Below are positions 49,101-57,131 of a stretch of 64,000 nucleotides of DNA, piece after piece. The stretch is from IMG/VR virus record IMGVR_UViG_3300049491_000418, positions 1 through 64,000 of that record. One strand, given 5' to 3'. This DNA is from a virus. The notes below the pieces were generated by a model that was not told the origin of the DNA, did not search any database, and saw only the letters and a program-made list of their open reading frames with translations. The first letter of the stretch is position 1; every line of letters starts with the position of its first letter. A program made the translations under genes and the position numbers.

Positions 49101-52100
49101 ATGATATAAAGAAAAACTCTTCTACACCTTTAGAGAATCCACCTGTTGAGGATACAACTGAAGAAGCTCCTGCTGAAGAAGAAACTATAGAGGAGATTGA
49201 TGAAGTAAGAGAAGCTACAGATGAGTCTGTAAATGCTCCAACAGAAACTGAGATAGCTGATGGTAACAATACTACTATTGAAGAAGCTGCTCCTAAGAAA
49301 AGAGGAGGCTTTGGTAAGGTAGATCCTAATAGAATTCCTTTAAGAGATAGAAAAGAGTATAGACTTCAAGTTCTTAAAGAAGCTAAAGCATTTGAAGGAG
49401 AGAATTGGGAGAAAGTTGAAAAGTGGTTAGCTGCTAACTTTCCTGGTCTTCCTGTATACAGAGTTAAAAATATGATTAAAGCTTCCAATGGTAGACAAGC
49501 TTGGGGTGCTTTAATGGATGGTTCTATATATCTAACTCAAAATGCTGAGGTAGGTACTGTATATCATGAGGTATTTGAGGCTGTATGGAAGATGTTTGCT
49601 GGACCTAAAGAGAAAAATGCTATTATTAAAGAGTTTAGAAACAGACCTGGTTATTATAAAGATAGATTTACTGGAAAACTTATTAAGTTTTCAAGAGCTA
49701 CAGATGCTGAGCTTAAAGAAGAACTTGCTGAGGAATTCAGAGATAAAGTATTGTATGGTAAAGATCCTGTTAGAATTAAAGGAAGAAATCTTATCTCAAG
49801 ATTGTTCAATGAATTACTAGACTTTATTCATAAGTTCTTTACAGGAAAAGAAGCTGTTAATAATACCAAACAATTGTTTGACAAAATTGGTAATGGTTAT
49901 TATAAAAACATACATAATCCCTATTTAACAAAATTATCTTTTCCTCAAGAAGGAATTATAGATATAGAAGATATGGATGTTGGTGATAATGCTGAGCTTA
50001 GAATCAACAATATCCCTGCAATTCAAGTGCATGATATTATCCAACACATGACATATAGCTTATTGGCTCCTTTATCAGAATCCAATGATATTTTATTCTC
50101 TCTTTCTGATATTTTAAGTAAGGGTAAAACTAAAATATATGCAGAGCTACAAGAAGAGGTACTAGGTGCTATTAATGAGAAAGGTCTTGTTCTTGTTGAT
50201 AAAGAAGCTAGTGGTCAAAAACTAACTGATTCAGAACAAAGAATGTTTGATAACCTTGAAACTCTTTATAACAATGTAGAGACTGAATGGAAAAACATAG
50301 TAGAAGAACATGTTAATTACTTAAAAACATATGCTCTTGAGTTTGATGAGAATGATGAGTTGAATATTAATGAAGGAGAACAATCTGGTAAAGAGGACTG
50401 GCAAGATGCCAGAACTATTGATTCCTTTAGAAAGTCTAATAGTGCAATAAAACTATTACTAGGAACACTACCAGTTAAGACTATGAAGAATGGATATCCA
50501 GAGACTGTGTATTCTTCTATAGGAGGATATACTCTCTTACCTGCTAATGCCGTTCATATAGATTTAATGAATAGATTGCATGATTCAGTAGATATTGATG
50601 AGATGATGGAAAGACTTCAAAACATAGCTTTGAATGATCCAAAATACTTTCAATTGTTTGAGCGTTTAACAGGTAAACAACCATCTGCTAATCAGGATGT
50701 ATACTCTGATATTTCTGATTCAGATTTCAGATTAATTTCTAGTTTCTGGAGAGTACTTAAAAAACAAAATGCTGATGTTATCACTGTGTTTATTCAACCT
50801 GGTGGTGAGGTAATTGTTAGTGATAGTACTCTTGCTTCTGCAACTAAAGAGGCTAAAAGAGATATGATGAGTAAAATCATTGATACTATGAAGACTGAGA
50901 AAACTCCTTATTTCTCTTATAATAGTAAGACAGGTAGATATTCAGCTACAAAGGTTTTGAAAGATGTTACTTTTAGTTCTGAAATGTCTTCATATACAAA
51001 TTTTCTTAAGAACTTAGGGATTAAGATAGATCCTGTAAAGTTGTCTGATACTCTTGATGAGAATCAGAAAAAAATGTTTAGAAAAACTGTAGGATTTATT
51101 AAAGAAACTATTGAAGTTATTGGTGATAAAGTCAAAACAACTAATCCAGATACTGGAGAGGAGATGACTATAGATACAGGTATTATGTCTATTAATACTT
51201 CCACTCTTAATATAGATGCTGATATGACCAGATTGGGAATCATTCAAGCTATTCTTGAAAATCCTGTATTTGAAAGTACATATTTCAATATCAATGGTCA
51301 ACGTACACAATCTTATGTTGGTACTAATACAGTTAGTAGCTTCTATGATGTACTATCTAAGGTTGTTGACTTTAGTGAAGATCTACAGGAACCTCAAAAT
51401 AAAGGATTCAGATACTTATTAACAGACAAGTTTGCTAAAAACTCTCAAATTCTTAAAAAATTGTTTGTTCAAAATGATGATGGTTCTTACGGAGAAAGAA
51501 AGGATGGTACTGAGGGTATTATGAAAACTGTTTTTATTGATGGAACTATTGATGAGTACTCTGGTAAAAAGAAAGAATCTTCAAAATTGAACTATGTACA
51601 ACGGTTTGTACAAGAACTTAATTTGAACCTAGAAGGGATTTATTTAAATCTGGTTCCAGGAGATGCTTCTATTGAACATGCTGTAAGACTGCACTCAGAT
51701 GATAATCCATTTGTAAATAAAGATTCTTATGAAAACGGACGTCATCTTCCAATATTCAGAGATTACTTCATAGATGAGGTAGAGTTAGCAAGAGATGAAA
51801 GACTTGTGGCTAATGTTTCAGGAAGAAATAGTACAGATTTACGTTTCTTTAAATCTATTTTGGAAGATAAATCAAAAGCAAATAAAAATGCTTTACATGA
51901 TGAGATAATGTATGATGAGAAAAATAAGGATAAAACCTCTGAAGAGTTATACAAATCTTATGAGAGCCAAATTAATACTGCTGTTAATAAGTTTATAGTA
52001 GAACAAGGTAAGGAAACACAAAGATTATTTAATAAGTTTAATATCATTCAGGCAAATCCAGAAAATGGTTTAGAAGCTCCTGGATTAAACTTTAAACAAG

Positions 52101-55100
52101 ATGAGCTTAAACCAGAGTTTCTTGCACAGAAACTTGAGGTAATGGCTGTCAACTATATGATAGCTAACATTGAGTTCCACAAACTTATATATTCAGATCC
52201 TTATCAATACTCTGATGAGCTTAAACGTATCAAAAACTTTAACTCACCAAGACAAGCTCTTGTATTTAATTCTCAAACATTAGGTAAGTTTTTACAAGAC
52301 TTCTATAATAAAGGAGTTAATCCAAAAGATAAAGCAGCCTACACTGATTTCCAAAGAGATCATTTTAGAACAGTTACTATTGATGATATATTTAGTACTA
52401 ATAAAAATAAAGACTATGAAGATCCTTTTGAGGAAACAGATGGTGGTGGTTATATTACTATCCAAGCATTACGTAAGTTTAGATTAAGACTTGGTGATTG
52501 GACTCCTGCTAATGAAAGACAATTCCAATTTGACTTAGACTATGAAAGAAAGGTTAAAGCTGGTGCTAGTGCAGAAGATCTTAGAAAATTTCTTAAAAGA
52601 AATCCTAATATCAAAAACACTTATACTCCTGTTAAACCTATTGTATCTGGTAATAAAGAAAATGGTAGAGACTTCAATGATGTTGTATTACACAAATTTG
52701 CATTAGTGCCTCTTTCTTATAGAGTACTTCATGAGTTACAAGAAAATAGTTATGCCATTAAACTTCTTGATAAGATGGTTAATGATGACATTGACTATGC
52801 TGTATATGCTTCGGGTAGTAAAGTTGGTACTGAGACAGTACATGAGCTTTATAATGAAGATGGTACTTTTAATAATACTCCTTTTGAATCTCAAAGAGAG
52901 AAAGAAGGATTCTTACCTAACAATGTAAAACGTGGTGTATCAAATATTCCTTTCTCTATTGTAGGTTTACAAACTGAAGTTCCTTCAAAAGACACTCCTT
53001 TAGTTACTCAAGGATCACAAATAACCAAGTTGGTTACTATGGACTTTATGGAAGCTGGTATGCCTGTTGACTTCATGCCTGAGGCAGAATTTATGGATAG
53101 ATTTGCTGTTTGGACTACCACTGATGAAGAGGGTAGAATGAAATCTGAGCTATATAGAATGGTTCAACATAATCAAAATCTTCTTGAAGCAAAAATTGTG
53201 GAAGGGTATAATTCTCTTCTTAAAAAACTAGGAATTGTTCAAGGTAAAGAGGGTGACAATCTTACTTTCACTATTACAGATAGAGATAAGTTCATTAAAA
53301 CTCTTAAGGATGAGATCCTTAAAAGAGAAGTTAACTATAATATAACTGATTCTTTTGATGGATTTGAGAGTGGACATGTTGTTCTTGAAGCTACTCCAGC
53401 ATATCAACAGATTAGAAACATTCTTTATTCTATTGCAGATAAGAATGTTGTTAGACCTAAGATCTCTGGAGGTATGAAAGTACAAATTCCTTCTTCATTG
53501 TTATTGGAACAACACAGAGTGAATATTGGTTCCTTTAAAAACAAAGCAGGGGAAATCAAACAAATCTTTGAGTCTAGTGAATTAGAGTTCTACACAAAAT
53601 CAGAAGATGGTAAGTCAGTTAATGTAGCTGAGATAATGGTTGGTAGATGGTTCAAAAGTGATAAGACTGATGAAGAGTTGATTGAATATTTCAATAATGA
53701 TCCAGAAGGTAAAAAACAACTTGAAGCATTAGCAGGTATAGCCTTTAGGATTCCTACTCAAAAACAAAACTCTATTGATGTATTCAAGATTAAGAAGTTT
53801 CTTCCTAAGGACTTTGGAGATAGTGTTGTGGTTCCTTCTGCCTTGGTTAAGAAAGTAGGATCGGATTTTGATATTGATAAATTGTCAATCTATTTGAAAA
53901 ACCTATATCCAGGAAAGGATAAAAATTTAAAAACTGTTCCTTATTTAGGAACTGGTGATCAAGCTCTTGACAAATTTAGAAAGCTTTTTGATGAAGGAGA
54001 GTTTGATGAATATGTAAAAACATTTAAAGATTTTCTAGATCTTGATAGTGCTGAGGATAGATTACTTGAAAGTATTTTTCCTGAAGACTATGCAGAACAA
54101 AGATCAATACAAAAAGAGGATGTAGTTAATAAATTATATAAAGAGTCTCTTGAGAATGAATATATAAGATCATTAGAAGGGCTTGTATCTCATCCTAGTA
54201 ACTATGAGGCTTTGGTAAAACCAAACTCAGCTCAAGATCTTAAAGATATAACTAATGATATAAATGAGAGAAAAGGATTGGAGAAAACTGATTATACTAA
54301 TGTAGGTAATATGCTTAACAGAGGATTTATGTCTAAACAAAGACATGAGTTTGTTACTGGTAAACAAGCTATTGGTATTGCTGCAGTTGCTCAAACTAAT
54401 CACTCTCAAAATCAAAGAAGCCCATTATTTCTTGATTTCAGAAAACTTAAGAAAGAAGGCATGGATGAATTGGATAGAACTCTTTTGGGTGGAAATCCTA
54501 AAGCTAAATCATATGCAAATAATCCTAGAATAAACTTTAAACATTATAATTCAATTTTGGTTGATGGTATTGCATTTCCTACTTTATCTCTTATTAAAGC
54601 AGCAGGACAGGCTACAGAATATATCTCAGATACAATTGGGATGTTTATTGATGGTTATGTGGATGTTGCTAAAGGTGGATGGATTATGGAGATGGGTGCA
54701 ACTCCTAATACTGCAGGTACCTGGTTGTACTTGATTAAGATAGGAGTTCCTATTAAAGATGTTGCATACTTCATGAATCAACCTATTATTGTTGACTATT
54801 TACAAAGAATAGAGAATAAAGGTCAAACTTGGTTATTCTCAGAAGGAAACATACTTAAAACTCTAGAGTTATATGAAAGTCCAGAGGATACCAGTAAACC
54901 AGAAGTAAGAGCTGTCATAGATAGTATAACATCAATTCCTAATCTATCAACATTAAAAAGTAATATTGGTAAGACTATTGAAGATATGACTCCTCAAGAG
55001 TTATATGAGCAACACTTTATGTTGAAAGAGTTTGTTAAATATGCTAAACAAGCATCTCAATTATTTGAGGTAACTCAGGGTTCTAACCATGATACAGCAA

Positions 55101-57127
55101 ACATCAATGATCCTTACTTAGTATTTAAAAAACAACTTCAATTAGAAAGTGCCAGAAATACTATCATCTCTGGTTTAGATAGAGAAGGAAAAATTATTCC
55201 TGCTGTAGATAGTATTATGAAAACATCTTTTGTTGGTAAATTGAAAAGCCACATTGATAACTACAGAGATGCTTTTGCTGAGATGTTGCTTTCAGATAGA
55301 AATAGAGTTAGAGAAGTAATGGAAGATGTGTTACGTCCTTATAGTAAAATGAGTGATAGAGACTTTGTTAAGATTTCACAAAAAGCTGTTAATGATTTAT
55401 TTGACTGGGCTGTTCAAAATGATAGAAGTATCAATAACAAAGTTGTTAGTACCTTGTTAGGAACAGATACTGAGAAAAGTGCTGCTAAACAAATTATAGA
55501 ATACAGAGATAGTATATTGGGTAATCCTGCTAAAAACATTCCTGCTAAACCTGATCATCCTTTATTTGATAACATCATTTTGAACTCTGTTACTTTAGAG
55601 GCTGGAGAAAATAACAAAAAGGTAGACAATATCTATCTAGGAAAAATTAGTAAAACATATGATCAAAACTTAGTAATCTATGGTTTTAATGAATTAAGAA
55701 CACACTTGAAAAATGAAAGCAATCCTTTATATGGTAAAATAGTTAGACTAGCTGTCTTACAATCAGGGTTAACAAACTCTAAGATAGCTTTTACAGCTCT
55801 TCTTCCTTATAAAGATTTCAAGGAAGTATACAATGCTACCTTGTCTCAGTTAGAAGAAAAAGAAAATCTTTCTGATTTTAAAAATATAGATGTTTTTGAA
55901 AGAAACAATTGGAATAACAGAGATGCAATTCCTATGGTTAGAGGAGAGATGAGAGAGTCTAAAAATAGTGTTGACTTTGGTACATATGATTTAAATGCTG
56001 CTTTTGTTGGGAAACAGCTTAAGAGAGCTATCAATGCTTTTCAAGTACCTCATGTAGTAAATATTTCTGCTACTTCTCAAGAGGGACGTTCAGAATTTAT
56101 TGTTTATACTTGGGAAAGTTATCTTCCTAAACCTAAACGTATTAGAGCTAAAAAGACTGGGGATAAAAGTCATATCAATAAATACCTTATGAAAAAGGTT
56201 TACACAGTTAATGAAAAAGGAGAAAGAGTTCCTTATATTAATGTTTCTGAAGATAAAAATGTTCCTGGTAAATTTTATTATAAATTTGTATACAAAGCAA
56301 TTAATGCTTGGGGAGATAGTTTCAAAGCTCAAGAACTTTATGATGAGGTAGTTCCTTCTAAGTTAGATAATGACTTCAAAAAGATTGAGTTAAAAAATGA
56401 AGCTAATACTGGCAGAAGACTTGGTGCTCCTGAAGTTGAGGATAGTTTAATCGTAGACCTTATGGAAGGAAGAATAACAGCTGATCAGTTAAAAGCTATC
56501 AACCTTGCAAAAGATATAGATGCTTTAGGAATTTCACCAGATGTAAATGCTCCTATAGAGCCTCTAGCGGAGGAAGGTCCTAGATATTATGAAGGAGAAA
56601 TTACTCCTTCTGCTGATACAGTATTTGTATTTGGTAGTAATCCTGAAGGAAGACATGGTGATGGTGCTGCTGCTGAAGCTATGGCTAAGTTTGGTGCCAA
56701 GTACTATCAAGGTAGAGGTTTACAAGGAGGTGCTTATGCTCTTGTTACTAAAAACCTAAAATCAGGATTTAAAGAACCAAAAACTGGTATCACCTATGAT
56801 GTTGCTGGGGAAAGATCTGTTAGACCTGATCAAATTGTTAATAACATTATAGAAATGTATACTGTGGCTAGAGCTAATCCTACTAAGAAATTCAAAATAG
56901 GATTTAGAAATACTATAAGTAAATCTCGTAATGGATATACAGGTTATGAGATGATGGACATGTTCAAGAATGCTGGTGAGATACCTGCTAATGTTTACTT
57001 CAGTAAAGAATGGGTAGATACAGGTAAGATGGATGCTGATTATACATCATTGGCAGAATCAAAAATAATTAATCCTAATAATGCTCCTGGTATATTACCA
57101 GAGATAGACAGAACCACTGAATGTTAA
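43112..57127 (+). CDS. Giant virion-packaged DNA-dependent RNA polymerase polyprotein (crAss-type two-barrel RNAP)
   Basis: 4671 aa; catalytic GSDFDIDK (DFDID at 53864-53878) preceded by RIPTQ; ETDGGGYIT; FIDGYVDVAK; zincin-like HEVFE...EELAEEF; C-terminal FVFGSN...HG...GAA domain. Confidence 0.9.
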   Translation: MEEEIGLMNDLPTASNISVPSGDNPNISSAHELPVNLGGTASGLPVYVPNNPSTRGSGKPEFREQSLEEIMDGMDISDKSGALDYVSARDLPGSGRYDKGVYVGRDAEEMYAQQQSTAEKWGNGVAKMVGTAATTFVSGTVGTLNGIGAMFAENRLAAFYDNDTNRKMDEYNKKMEDYLPNYYTQAETSASWLSPKNVWTANFWSDKVIKNLGFSIGSMAGGAAWSKAFGFVGKINALVRAEKGLETLTAVEAAMVNANSVSKFGAVSKALNGLATKYVNPAGAYILANGERATIALMGTMGEASMEALQNMNDFRNKLIKEYKLQSGVEPSGEDLEEINNMADHVGNFTWGMNVALLSATNYIQLPKILNSSKTAERRAINELAKESVAEGATIAEKTAAKYGAKASNLERAFGKPGKLFGDYLVNPVSLLFAPSEAFEEGMQFAIQTGVEDYFNRAHQNEQDTNDFWNNTLDSMGNVFSYGVKQALTTKEGLEGILIGGISGGLQTSFSPFGENNIKERGFTGTGGQVGRNTAAAITEINNSKNLTQALKDARNFVSIGIGSQKNRQEAVANNDTFNEKNFEKDYALSYIMPRVKYGKIDAVLSELDLYRRQALSDAGFEDLKASEVVLENETKQQFIKRLDNIESTSRQVSKTYDIINDRYSNITDEKGRRLYDDKVVDELVYAAAKTVDADERLKDLSSEMSLAGLGIDRLRTAMQASPSWEDNNTKGVIKDAEVQKEINALFAEAKIKDPNNLQNYREKVFDFANLLVDRKRYIDDYNKRILTPEEFSAPDVDTTEYPPIGSPKEVMKVTTSTGDVNVNVGEEYIMGRVTLKSKKGHDVYEAPTITILGQNEDGTLKVKKEDGTIVSMDPEELESRSLTKAEDVRKNPKISFYIYNWNVVWKNRSVKGADGKAAVGRIVYDKKQDRLLFQYIGKGGVLMEQEVINTMFSYKTATKLGFKQPYITAQSVLTPAQEASMEKFIESKMSFSEKIKARNSIISNLYETSKARLEQVTKELTSAKEKVDKAASTIEEQVKKGIETKEGTWKVKAIKSITKMARDLGALDASLLQQIEDLENEKEELEATIPYFKDFLEDIMSTPESGKEMIEDIKKDINDLEDLIDTTKDAISKTKSAIKLVEDLLKNALGVFNDYVKRLKEENPNMPLFLDDFLAKLEKYLGEEGAKQFVADKLGFTEQVLELDSDISDFKDELKIPDLQKRASTLSTDLKELEKGLDDLIAAQMAKAKILDEFKEFADREKAVQAEEKRMHTNPTLVKDLIGTLNKTVQNFFGNKAYDPMSKKPDMAVVRSTRPISDGKPHQERANHFGARMDSFSKKKRDSIRGIIVTQKTQGGVIDGLVEHLLSQVPEEDKEKYPANEVIALVMVEVDKKGNQFLLDQDGKRLSKDADVINSAIYQVFPTKSLKGNYVDADGNRKFGSMFRDDTPQSTVDSLTKQYAAWVDDQLAADAMPAPYKVSASFGYPELQKVMGETKEEIDHNARTSAKAAGLVTDVMLEREPVIQVKTSDAPVTLGNVTFTSPKGRVFLTLPNGIAKLFNRKFTATEAETIYDVLLQVTKNVRDHGEVRPETERLFNWLRSTTYWGFSKDRQGNPKPAGYNNMWFQEVTDTNNEKRLKLYISGKTTDPTQAIDFTYSSLYNRKGDIMMLLQNMYNNTSNHLTNESNWQNPYSQIVGINEDGSPQTVDWPNYQSYLLSDKMPDGGVRKNEDIPLITKFRPLVDENDTNRKGIYFTLKSGPTSFTMPEKEEATPATSEEPSASTTPTDSAPTVTPTKEEGSISMTIDGYEFDGKTPNTMELNAGPITFTVDIEKQMADGAGVSITSPGETVEALIAAKGYAEDHAYNVINATVLARLKPSLEKGIAELKARQTGKVEQKEPSVEASAVITPTPKVGKLDLTGENWNPINTKYGPTRFKINADKFLAGDVSLSAINVEMDPDLVDAVIEAKQSQNYDEEAAHKFIQQNVLFLIKDELALYDIKKNSSTPLENPPVEDTTEEAPAEEETIEEIDEVREATDESVNAPTETEIADGNNTTIEEAAPKKRGGFGKVDPNRIPLRDRKEYRLQVLKEAKAFEGENWEKVEKWLAANFPGLPVYRVKNMIKASNGRQAWGALMDGSIYLTQNAEVGTVYHEVFEAVWKMFAGPKEKNAIIKEFRNRPGYYKDRFTGKLIKFSRATDAELKEELAEEFRDKVLYGKDPVRIKGRNLISRLFNELLDFIHKFFTGKEAVNNTKQLFDKIGNGYYKNIHNPYLTKLSFPQEGIIDIEDMDVGDNAELRINNIPAIQVHDIIQHMTYSLLAPLSESNDILFSLSDILSKGKTKIYAELQEEVLGAINEKGLVLVDKEASGQKLTDSEQRMFDNLETLYNNVETEWKNIVEEHVNYLKTYALEFDENDELNINEGEQSGKEDWQDARTIDSFRKSNSAIKLLLGTLPVKTMKNGYPETVYSSIGGYTLLPANAVHIDLMNRLHDSVDIDEMMERLQNIALNDPKYFQLFERLTGKQPSANQDVYSDISDSDFRLISSFWRVLKKQNADVITVFIQPGGEVIVSDSTLASATKEAKRDMMSKIIDTMKTEKTPYFSYNSKTGRYSATKVLKDVTFSSEMSSYTNFLKNLGIKIDPVKLSDTLDENQKKMFRKTVGFIKETIEVIGDKVKTTNPDTGEEMTIDTGIMSINTSTLNIDADMTRLGIIQAILENPVFESTYFNINGQRTQSYVGTNTVSSFYDVLSKVVDFSEDLQEPQNKGFRYLLTDKFAKNSQILKKLFVQNDDGSYGERKDGTEGIMKTVFIDGTIDEYSGKKKESSKLNYVQRFVQELNLNLEGIYLNLVPGDASIEHAVRLHSDDNPFVNKDSYENGRHLPIFRDYFIDEVELARDERLVANVSGRNSTDLRFFKSILEDKSKANKNALHDEIMYDEKNKDKTSEELYKSYESQINTAVNKFIVEQGKETQRLFNKFNIIQANPENGLEAPGLNFKQDELKPEFLAQKLEVMAVNYMIANIEFHKLIYSDPYQYSDELKRIKNFNSPRQALVFNSQTLGKFLQDFYNKGVNPKDKAAYTDFQRDHFRTVTIDDIFSTNKNKDYEDPFEETDGGGYITIQALRKFRLRLGDWTPANERQFQFDLDYERKVKAGASAEDLRKFLKRNPNIKNTYTPVKPIVSGNKENGRDFNDVVLHKFALVPLSYRVLHELQENSYAIKLLDKMVNDDIDYAVYASGSKVGTETVHELYNEDGTFNNTPFESQREKEGFLPNNVKRGVSNIPFSIVGLQTEVPSKDTPLVTQGSQITKLVTMDFMEAGMPVDFMPEAEFMDRFAVWTTTDEEGRMKSELYRMVQHNQNLLEAKIVEGYNSLLKKLGIVQGKEGDNLTFTITDRDKFIKTLKDEILKREVNYNITDSFDGFESGHVVLEATPAYQQIRNILYSIADKNVVRPKISGGMKVQIPSSLLLEQHRVNIGSFKNKAGEIKQIFESSELEFYTKSEDGKSVNVAEIMVGRWFKSDKTDEELIEYFNNDPEGKKQLEALAGIAFRIPTQKQNSIDVFKIKKFLPKDFGDSVVVPSALVKKVGSDFDIDKLSIYLKNLYPGKDKNLKTVPYLGTGDQALDKFRKLFDEGEFDEYVKTFKDFLDLDSAEDRLLESIFPEDYAEQRSIQKEDVVNKLYKESLENEYIRSLEGLVSHPSNYEALVKPNSAQDLKDITNDINERKGLEKTDYTNVGNMLNRGFMSKQRHEFVTGKQAIGIAAVAQTNHSQNQRSPLFLDFRKLKKEGMDELDRTLLGGNPKAKSYANNPRINFKHYNSILVDGIAFPTLSLIKAAGQATEYISDTIGMFIDGYVDVAKGGWIMEMGATPNTAGTWLYLIKIGVPIKDVAYFMNQPIIVDYLQRIENKGQTWLFSEGNILKTLELYESPEDTSKPEVRAVIDSITSIPNLSTLKSNIGKTIEDMTPQELYEQHFMLKEFVKYAKQASQLFEVTQGSNHDTANINDPYLVFKKQLQLESARNTIISGLDREGKIIPAVDSIMKTSFVGKLKSHIDNYRDAFAEMLLSDRNRVREVMEDVLRPYSKMSDRDFVKISQKAVNDLFDWAVQNDRSINNKVVSTLLGTDTEKSAAKQIIEYRDSILGNPAKNIPAKPDHPLFDNIILNSVTLEAGENNKKVDNIYLGKISKTYDQNLVIYGFNELRTHLKNESNPLYGKIVRLAVLQSGLTNSKIAFTALLPYKDFKEVYNATLSQLEEKENLSDFKNIDVFERNNWNNRDAIPMVRGEMRESKNSVDFGTYDLNAAFVGKQLKRAINAFQVPHVVNISATSQEGRSEFIVYTWESYLPKPKRIRAKKTGDKSHINKYLMKKVYTVNEKGERVPYINVSEDKNVPGKFYYKFVYKAINAWGDSFKAQELYDEVVPSKLDNDFKKIELKNEANTGRRLGAPEVEDSLIVDLMEGRITADQLKAINLAKDIDALGISPDVNAPIEPLAEEGPRYYEGEITPSADTVFVFGSNPEGRHGDGAAAEAMAKFGAKYYQGRGLQGGAYALVTKNLKSGFKEPKTGITYDVAGERSVRPDQIVNNIIEMYTVARANPTKKFKIGFRNTISKSRNGYTGYEMMDMFKNAGEIPANVYFSKEWVDTGKMDADYTSLAESKIINPNNAPGILPEIDRTTEC

Positions 57128-57131
57128 TACT

